Assembly: GCA_951406725.2 (NCBI GenBank)
Contig: OX597831.1
Location: 38,564,001 to 38,628,000 of the forward strand
Direction of reading: 5' to 3'
Source of the DNA: Octopus vulgaris
Lineage: Eukaryota
DNA: 64,000 nucleotides
Under the pieces are notes generated by a model that worked only from the letters and a program-made list of their open reading frames with translations, was not told the origin of the DNA and did no database searches. Shown here piece by piece: positions 54,025 through 64,000 of this stretch; within the stretch, counting starts at the first letter, position 1; every line of letters starts with the position of its first letter. The position numbers and the translations under genes were made by a program.

Positions 54025-54392
54025 ATAATGATGATGACGGTGGCGGTTGTGGTGCTGGTGGTAATCATGGTGAGGGTTTTGTAAGATGATGAGGGTTTTG
54101 TTGGTGATGATGGTGATGGGAGGAAGATTTTGATGAGAGTTATCTTTGATGATAATGATGATAATGATGATGATGATGATGGTTGTGGTGATGGTGGTGA
54201 TTATGGTAATAAAGATGATGCTAGTTCCGGTGGTGGTGAGGAACAATATTTTGATGAGAATTATTTTAGATTATGATGACGATAATGGTAATGATGGTGA
54301 TGATGATCATGATCATGATCATGATGAGGAGGAGGAGCAGGAGGAGGAGGAGGATATTGATAATTATGAGGATTATGGTGATGGTGGTCATT
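52765..54392. repeat. (GAT)n/(GAG)n/(GGT)n low-complexity tract interrupted by a SINE
   Basis: Direct read. Confidence 0.9.
53048..53460 (+). mobile_element. SINE family A dimer (183-bp unit)
   Basis: atttcgtctgccg at 53098 and 53281. Confidence 0.9.
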
Positions 54393-54753
54393 AGAATCTA
54401 ATTCAAAACTAACCATATTTCCTATCTACCATATTATGTAAAACTTCTACCATATCATAGAAACTAAAATTTCTGAATATTCTAACCCAAATTTGGTGTG
54501 CTATTGTTTGTTGTTCAAACATGTCTCTAAATGATCTTTTAATAGAAATTTGTTACCAGTTCAAATATGCTTAAAGTATATTTGAACCCGCCTGAAGCAT
54601 TGTGCATTGTTTGTAGAAAATTGAATGTTTCGAATATTACAACAATGCACTATAATTCAAACAATGGGCTATACATCTGTTGTAATTTAACTATCCATAG
54701 TCTGATAATATTTCGGAATAAAATTCCTTCCTCAGATATACCTAGGAATTGAT

Positions 54754-54857
54754 GGAGTCGCTGCTATAATCGGTTTTCTAACGGCTTTTCTTTTTGCTGA
54801 GGCGCTTCCGGAAAAAGGAAGAAAAGCTGTTAGCAAACCAAAAATAGCAGAGATTTC
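54754..54857 (+). other. ~100-nt imperfect hairpin in unique sequence
   Basis: ggagtc-g-ctgctat..ggttt.ctaacggcttttctt pairs with aagaaaagctgttag.aaacc..atagcag-a-gatttc. Confidence 0.6.
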
Positions 54858-55327
54858 ACTGTATTTTGACATGAATAAAATTTCTCGCTACAGACAAATA
54901 GGTGTAAATACATCAAGGCCGCTCACAACACTACCTAAGCGGATTGTGGGATGCAGGTATTACGGAGTAGTTATCTCCTTTCATCAACGGTTATATACGT
55001 TCATGTGTGACAGAAATGTAGGCATCAGTATTTTTGTGAGTGAATCAAGACTAGTTTGATTATTGTTACACTTAACTATCGGGGTGTCGATATAATTAAC
55101 AAAAATGTATAAGGTTGTTTTAGTTTGTACAGTTTTATAGTCATATTGAGGATTACGGTAGAACACGCCGCAAAATGTATATATAGTATGATGGTATATA
55201 TAGTATGATGGTCCTTGGAATGAAGAATTGCGAAGTATCCTACAAAAGGTATTTTTGGATGATGGTCTTGCGACAGATATTTCTGACCTTGTGCCAACAT
55301 TTGAAGGCAATATTTTAAATAGGTTTC

Positions 55328-55997
55328 AGGCGGTGAAATGGCATTATCGGTAGCACGCTAGGTAAAGTGCATAGCGGCATTTCATCCGCCTTTACGTTCT
55401 GAGTTCAAATTCTGCCGAGGTCAACTTCTCATTTTATCCTGGATATTGAAAATAATTCATAATCGGCTTAGCACTTCTGCTCGAAATTTCTGGCCTTATG
55501 CCAAAATTTTAATCAGTATTTAAAATAGGGTGAAGATAGATGATGTTATAGGGAAATAAAGTGCAGGTCAAGGTGAAATATGGATGAGAAATCCTGAGAA
55601 GAAAAGTGACTGAGGAGATTGAGAAATACCGTCTATGTGTTCACAATAACAGGTGAATTGAGCCAGGTTATTTCAAAGAAAATATTACTATGGTGAATTT
55701 GACCAACGTTAGACAATTTTGCTTCAATGAATATAGTATGAACCAAAAAAAAATTGATTATATAAAGGCTGCGAGCTGGCAGAAACGTTAGCACGCCGGG
55801 CGAAATGCGTAGCCGTATTTCGTCTGCCGTTACGTTCTGAGTTCGAATTCCGTCGATGTCGACTTTGCCTTTCATCATTTCGGGGTCGATAAATTAAGTA
55901 CCAGTTAAGCACTGGGATCGATGTAATCGACTTAATCCGTTTGTCTGTCCTTGTTTGTCCCCTCTGTGTTTAGCCCCTTGTGGGTAGTAAAGAAATA
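55328..55997 (+). mobile_element. Two SINE family A copies (55328-55510 old; 55768-55997 young)
   Basis: Head and Meta-like domain. Confidence 0.85.
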
Positions 55998-56629
55998 TAT
56001 ATAAAGCACATACATTAGAGGCAGTCATTGTGGTACAGTAATTTGAAATTTTCTATTTAAAACAGAACTTTTGAATACATTTAAATTTTCTTAAGCTAGC
56101 AGTGAAGTTTCTCGGAGTGGGAAATTAGACGAAAAAGCAGTGTTTCATATTCTTTGGTTGAACATCACACTATGCGGTGTCCTCTTACCAAAGACTGTTG
56201 AGTGTTATTTGTAAGAGATTCGAATGTCATTTCTACTGTTTCAAGATAAGCTGTTTACGTTTCATCGATATTAGAATTAGATTTAATAACATTTACATCT
56301 CTGATGATACATTTTCAGCTGACCACCAAGAACATTATTTCAAATTAATATGTTGATATAGTTTTAAAAAATAAGACTTCATCAGTCAGTTATATCTACT
56401 AAATGAAAAATACATACTAGGAATGAGAAAATCGAGGTGTGATCTATTCGTTCAATTATCAGCTCTTGTACGGTAAACAAGAGTACATTTCTAACAGACA
56501 AAATATTAATCAGTAAACAATTACATACAAACATTTGTTGTGTATATATGAGTGTGGGTATATATGAGTGTGGGTGATATCTCTGGATGTATATGTGTGT
56601 TTCCGTGTGTTTTTCAGTGTCCAACAATA

Positions 56630-56672
<43 letters not shown>

Positions 56673-56880
56673 CATATACTCAACGACTCGAGACTCACAG
56701 TATACTATTTTATTCGTGAACAGCATGTAGAGTCAATATATCTTTCCATCCTACGAAATTTTGCTTGAAAACACAATGCGAACACTATATCTTATATATA
56801 TGTGTATGTGGGGCGGTTGTGTGTGTGTGTGTATACATCATAAATACATACATACACATACACACATACACACGCACACT

Positions 56881-56920
<40 letters not shown>

Positions 56921-56929
56921 CATACACAA

Positions 56930-56968
<39 letters not shown>

Positions 56969-57102
56969 CATATATATACACACGCAAATATAAGCACATA
57001 TACATATGTACAGATAACTGTTTGTATATATATGAATAAGTATGTCTGTACATACATTTATGTATATATTTTTGTACATAAATATGTATATATATACACA
57101 TG

Positions 57103-57139
<37 letters not shown>

Positions 57140-57305
57140 ATATAATATACGTGTCTATCTTTATGTAAAAATATATCTTTAGGTATGCATACATGTCTTA
57201 ATGTATATATATATATATATTTAGATAGATAGATATAGATATATATACCTGTATATATATGTATATACGCATGTATTTATACGTATATACAGATATATGT
57301 TATAC

Positions 57306-57356
<51 letters not shown>

Positions 57357-57833
57357 TATATACATATATATATACATATATATATTCTATAATATAGAAG
57401 GAAAAATACATAGGTATATGCATATACAACTATAAGAGTCTCTCTCTCTCTCTCTCTCTCTCTCTGCGTAAGTATGTACACGTATGTACGCACAAACACA
57501 AACACTCACTCATGTACGAGTGAGTTGAGATATATGCCTATGTGTAATATACTGATGTATACGTATATGAATATATATTTCTCTATTTATTGGTAGCAGT
57601 CACAGTAAGATCGTTGCCAAATATATCATTTATGTGGTTATTTTAACAACTTATAAATTCGGTTAACATCATGCCTGCCAACCACATATTAGATTTGTGA
57701 GAATAATAAAGCTTATGTTTTAAATTATGAATAATAAATTGATTTATATATATGATAGTCTTTATATAACGATATATCTAATTATGTGAATGTGTGAATG
57801 CCGCGTATTTTGGTTTGCTCCTTTGATATTTTC

Positions 57834-57885
<52 letters not shown>

Positions 57886-59124
57886 TATATATATATATAC
57901 ATATAAACTTATATATGTGTATGTGTATGTATGTGTAGATATATACATATAAAAATTCATACAGAGAAATAGACAGGCAGACACACTGATAGATAGATAA
58001 TATGTAAAGTTATATGTAATATGTTTATAAACCTTTGTAGCAGACACAAAAACATAGAAAATTTAACGATTTCTCTGGAGATTGGGAGATAAGACTATTA
58101 AGAGTTTTATTCAATTTTCGAACCTTATTGAGGTCCCATCGGTAGTGTAGCATGCTTTGAACAATCTCAGAGAATTAAGCAACCAATTATTTTAATATAC
58201 ACAAAAAATCCAGTATCTTCAGTGAATTGGGGCTCTTAATATGCATAATACAAGTGTATAACATATATTTATAGATTATATGAAATCATAATCAATGGCT
58301 GCGAGTTAAACATTAACTCACCCTTTACTAGTTCGCCTTACTATGAGGGATGGGGATCAAAATCTCTCTTAGATATATCTGCGAAGATCGCAGAAGTACC
58401 GAGGGAGCATTTTAAACCAAAACTTTAGATATCTTTTAATAACAATAAGTCAATTCACTCTTAAATCATACGTCAACTATGATTTTTAAAATTAATGGAA
58501 TAATCATGAATAGAACCCCATTGATCGTATATATGCTAGATCAAAATCGTGCCTGAGCTAAACAGCAATAATCAACCAGAAGTCTGTAGGCAGTTAATCT
58601 GGTCATACCTAAAAAGAGCAACAACGTTTTCCTCTTATCACACTGCGTTTAATGTATTCTAGATTCCCTAAATATAAATCAAAAGTTTGGAATGATAAGT
58701 GAAGGATATTTCTATTGTACGTCTATGCCCCGGGTTTGAATCATTGGACTCAGATACACTGAAGCAAGCAGACGACAGATGAAAAATAGCAGCAACTTCC
58801 ATGATTTTAAATGTAAAGTATGAAGAAAATACGACGGCTGTAATCCAGTGGGTCTCAAAAAAATTTCATCCATCCGTTTAGCTATGTATATGTATGAAAA
58901 TTTTATTGATTTCAAAGTTTGCCACGGGGCCTGCAATTTCGAAGGAGAGGTAAGTCCCGTGGGGGCCCTTGGTACTTAATTTATTGACACAGAAAGAATG
59001 AAAGGCAAAGTCGATCATGGTGGCATATTAATTCAAAATGTAAAACCGGAAAAAATGCCACTAAATTTTTTTCTGGCTTCGAAGTTCTGGGTTGCTTGGT
59101 GGGGCACTCTGAACACATAGCCCA

Positions 59125-59168
<44 letters not shown>

Positions 59169-59237
59169 GTTGACACTAACTCACTAAGACCGTAAATATA
59201 TATATATATAAATATAAACATCTCTCTTTATATCATA

Positions 59238-59446
59238 TCTCTCTTTTACTTGTTTCAGTCATTTGACTGCAGCCATGCTAGAGCATCGCCTTTAATCGAG
59301 CAAATCGACCCCAGGACTTATTCTTTGTAAGCCTAGTACTTACTCTATCGGTCAGTTTTGCCGAACCGCTAAGTTACGGGGATGTAAACACACCAGCGTC
59401 GGTTGTCAAACGATGTTGGGGGAACAAACAAACACACAAACACACA

Positions 59447-59514
<68 letters not shown>

Positions 59515-59697
59515 TATATTTATATATATACATATATATGACGCGCTTCTTTCATTTTCCATCTACCAAATCCACTCACAAGGCTTTGGTCGGCCCGAGG
59601 CTATAGTAGAAGACACTTGCCCAAGGCGCCACGCAGTCGGACTGAACCCGGAAACAAGTGGTTGGTAAGCAAGCTACTTACCACACAGGCACTCCTG
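59238..59697 (-). mobile_element. SINE family B, full length
   Basis: Colinear with 11905-12351. Confidence 0.9.
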
Positions 59698-59869
59698 TTA
59701 TGTATGTATACCATGTATCTATGAATATACTTCCCTGTATCCAGTGTGGAATTGATCAGCATTTTTTTCACTTCAAACGCTATGTGCAAACCCCCTTCCC
59801 CTTCTTCATCCTCCTCTTACTCCTACTCCTCCTGCTCACCATGTTCCTCCACATACTACTAGCGTTGCT

Positions 59870-60172
59870 GCAGCTGATGATGGGGAGAGTCACGACGACG
59901 ACGATGACGATGATGATGATGATGATGATGATGAGGAGGAGGAGGAGGAAAATGATGATGATGATGATGTGATGATGATTATGATGATGATGATGATGAT
60001 GATGTGATTATGATGATGATGAAGATGATGATGATGATGATGATGTAATGATGATGATGATGATGATGATGATGATGTGATTATGATGATGATGAAGATG
60101 ATGATGATGATGATGATGATGAAGATGATGATAATGTAATGATGATGATGATGATGATGACAACGACGACGT
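59870..60172. repeat. (GAT)n microsatellite
   Basis: Direct read. Confidence 0.95.
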
Positions 60173-60259
60173 TGCTATTAGTCTACTGAAATCATTAAAT
60201 TTACAACTCCTGGTATAATATTTACATAAAACACCTAGTTGTTGAACACACACACACGC

Positions 60260-60297
<38 letters not shown>

Positions 60298-61599
60298 GTA
60301 AATACGGTGTACGTGCGTGTGTCAGTTTATATATACATATGTGAGTATCTGTGTGTGCGCGCGTGCGAGTGTATGCAGGCCTATGGAAGTCACATTAGAT
60401 TAGTTGCGTTATATTAAGGCAACTTGACTTCAAATCAACCAATCAGTCTCTATCTATTTCGTTGTCTATTATCTGATATCTCTAAGTCAGATTCTACCAT
60501 GGGAGGCAACAGGTTAAACACTACATTCGTTTAAAGTTGCTCTCCATTATTATCTTCATCTTTATCGCAAAGCTTCCAGTTCTACGATTTAAATCTTGAA
60601 ATTTGCAGAAGCAATTTGAAAGTTAATATAGAATGTATTTGTGGATATTTAGTTCTTAAATTGAGTAGTTGAAGAATCTACGTCGCAATTCATTTCTTAG
60701 ATCGGTATTTGAAGAAGAGTAATTGTATTTCAAGAGAAGAGAGATTACTATCTTTGCTTCAGCATGATCCGGACCAAATCTAAAACTGAAGGCTCTCTAC
60801 ATATTGAATATGACTGGCTAGAAATAGATGTCAAATACGGAAGGGATAACACGCACATTCACACCCCTAAATTAAAAAAGTTAATTATTATCTTATATAT
60901 ATTTTCGTCATTTTCTCTTCAGCTTACCAAAATTAATAAAACCCACGGCCATTGCATTTTCAAGATTAGGTTTTTGTGAATCTGCAACTCACGTTTGTTT
61001 TTACTGTCTTGTTCTCACTGTCCTGTTCTTGCTACCTCTTTCACCCTCCGCAAAAAAGCCCAAGTGTTATTTAATTTGCTTTGCGGGAAGGTCTGTTTCA
61101 AAGAGGTCGCGTATTGTCCTTACCTTCGTAAAGCAAAGTAGGTGAAACATGGACAACTGATGAGGGGGAATATTCTTTATGTTGCATGACTCATTTCTCT
61201 GTTTGTTTTTTTCGTTGTTCGGAAAAAAAGTTCGTTTTCTATGTTTTTGCTTTTGTTTTCGTTTCTTGCGGTGTTCAAGTTTTTTTTTATGTCCTGTACC
61301 CATATATCTATGTATATATACATATATATATGTAGGTATGGATATATATATATGTATATATGCATATATTTATATATTATTTATATTACGATATATGTAC
61401 ATAGATATATTTGTGTATATATATATATATATATATATGTATACACGGAAACATGTGGTTGGTATATATATATATATATATATACATATATATACATATA
61501 TATATTCTTATATTTATAATGAATACTGTTGAACATAGGGTAAATATGCTTGAAAGTTGAGTTTTTTAGATATGTTTCTTCCCAAACAACACTTCTTTT

Positions 61600-61930
61600 A
61601 GTGCTGTTCACGCCCCCTGATAGAATGGTACTGTCCAGGTATCGAAACCATAATGATATGCGCGTGGCGGCTGATGATGAAGGCATGTTGGATTGTTGGC
61701 ATGGCTGTTTTTTTTTTGTATATGTGGAAAGTGTTATAACACATCATTTTAAAATATACTAAACGATCATCGAGGAATTCCTTACGTAGATTCTGCAACT
61801 AATATGCAGTACCGCGGATGACACCTGACACCGTATGCGGTGAACGTGCTCTCCAGGCACACTACCAGAAACAAACCCAAAAACCTTTGGCTACTACATT
61901 TTAAAGTCTCCTATGTAAACTTCAATTTTA
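61600..61930 (+). mobile_element. PLE-like pseudo-LTR fragment with degenerate HHR (61611-61670)
   Basis: CGCCCC-CTGATAGA..GGTAC..GTATC-GAAAC-CATA..TATG-CGC-GTGGCG; homologous to 26425-26695. Confidence 0.45.
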
Positions 61931-61956
61931 AACATCACACACACACACACACACAC

Positions 61957-62043
<87 letters not shown>

Positions 62044-62353
62044 CATACGTATGTATATACTTATGTCTATACATGAAAATAACCACTGAGACTCACAAAC
62101 GTATATTCATTTCACTATATACAAACAAGTAATATTTTACTGTCGGCGCGTATTTATACGAATTAGTCCATGCTAGTTTATCAATATATTTTTATGACAA
62201 AACATAATTTACACATGTAACTTAACCATTCCCTGTGGAAATTCCTTCAAAACATTAATTCAAACCACGCCGCAAATAGTTCTTGGAAGCAGCCGTGTTA
62301 AATTTAACACATAATCGTATTAAAGAATACACATGTATCTCAATATACATACA

Positions 62354-62418
<65 letters not shown>

Positions 62419-62924
62419 GTATGTATATATATTTATATATATATATATATATATATATTACTTATAAACAAACACACACACACGTATATGTATACACATA
62501 GGAGATAATACATGAAGTATGTATTTATATCTCTATCTATGTATCTATATGTATATGTGTGTGTATAAATATGATGGTGTGTACGTATGTATGTATGTAT
62601 ATCTGTTTGTATATATGTATGTATGTACGTACGTACGTTCGTATGCAGGCAGGTAAGTTCTTCTGTATATGTGTATGCTATACATCATTCCGGCTTTTTC
62701 AAATTTCATACTGTCTTTCACGAAGATTTAACCTTTGGAACTGCGAGAATTAAACAAAAAAAAAATCTTTTTCTATTATTTTTTATTTCACTCTCTAAAT
62801 ATTGACAAATTTTTGCTATGCGATTTAAGATGTTTTGTGCAGGGTTTCAAATCCTATTATGTATGTTTTCTTTCTATGTTGTCTATTTCAAAGGATATAT
62901 GCATAGATAAAAGCATTCATATAC

Positions 62925-63001
<77 letters not shown>

Positions 63002-63167
63002 CGTGTGTATGTGTGTGTGTGTACATGTGTGTGTGTACATGTGTGTGTGTGTGTGTGTGCGTGTGTATTAAAATCCATATGCTTATAGGCATATTTATAT
63101 CTTTCCCAATATATGTTTATATATGTATACATGTATATAAATATATGAGTGTTTAGATCTTTGTATA

Positions 63168-63231
<64 letters not shown>

Positions 63232-63655
63232 AGTATACACACATATGTGAAGTTATGCATATACACATATACAGATCTTTATCTATATATATACATATGT
63301 ATGTATGTATATATGTATATATGTAATTATATATATATGGGTGTGTGTATGTGTGTGCATATAAATGTATATATGTATATATAATAACACCCACACATAC
63401 ATATACATTGTCCATACATATTTGCTCTACTTTTAGCATTTTTCTTTTTTTGATCGAACGATTCAGGTTAGTAAAGGCTATAAATCTGTCTATATCTGAT
63501 TCCTTCATTTCTATAGAATTAATGTTCTTTAGTAGAGCTACACTTATTGTTTTTGTTTTGTTTTTTTTTTGTTTTTTTGGACGTTCCTTCATAAATACTC
63601 GATCTATCATTATTGTTGTTATTGCTGTTGGTGTTCTAGTTATGCCATTTCCCTC

Positions 63656-63706
<51 letters not shown>

Positions 63707-64000
63707 GTGGGGGGTTCTTTGGCGCATCAGGATAGAATAAAAATTCATATGCAAGCACACACACACACATATATATATATATGGAAACATATGACTTAAT
63801 ACATTATATATATTTTGCACGTATGTATATTCCTTATTGAATACGTCCATCAATGCATATGCATACACTTGACTGACGCCTATGTATCGCAAACACGTAA
63901 TGTATTCTTGCCTGAATAGATGCAGCTATAAATGCACATGTATGCACACACAATTGCATGCCTGTAGTGAGACGTGTATTCATCAACTTTGAATATGTGG

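Noticed and set aside
61115-61180. GAAAC...CTGATGA permuted hammerhead-like motif (sibling on the minus strand at ~39790-39825)
   Set aside because: Only 8 nt separate GAAAC and CTGATGA, and no GAAA follows helix II, so helices I and III cannot be drawn.

Overview
AT-rich, microsatellite-saturated animal genomic DNA, probably intronic or intergenic. The SINE families and microsatellite load suggest an octopus or other cephalopod (inference from recognition, no search run). No intact protein-coding gene is supported, and most ORFs in the track are microsatellite artefacts. The window is a mosaic of decayed retroelements: Penelope-like elements (PLE; RT and GIY-YIG relics), an R4/Dong-type RLE 3' end beside (AAT)n, CR1-group and RTE LINE relics, a Tc1/mariner relic, a Helitron 3' end and three abundant tRNA-derived SINE families. 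The main signal found by hand is at least 16 type-I hammerhead ribozyme (HHR) motifs from several unrelated PLE-like or non-autonomous repeat families. Together they show all four Watson-Crick combinations at the core 3:8 pair (C-G, U-A, G-C, A-U), and many have a palindromic helix III of the dimer-cleaving type. One pair forms a retrozyme-like tandem array with a 504-nt cleavage-to-cleavage unit. Several elements have an inverted-arm-plus-extension architecture inserted in (TA)n. Coordinates of decayed repeats are approximate.
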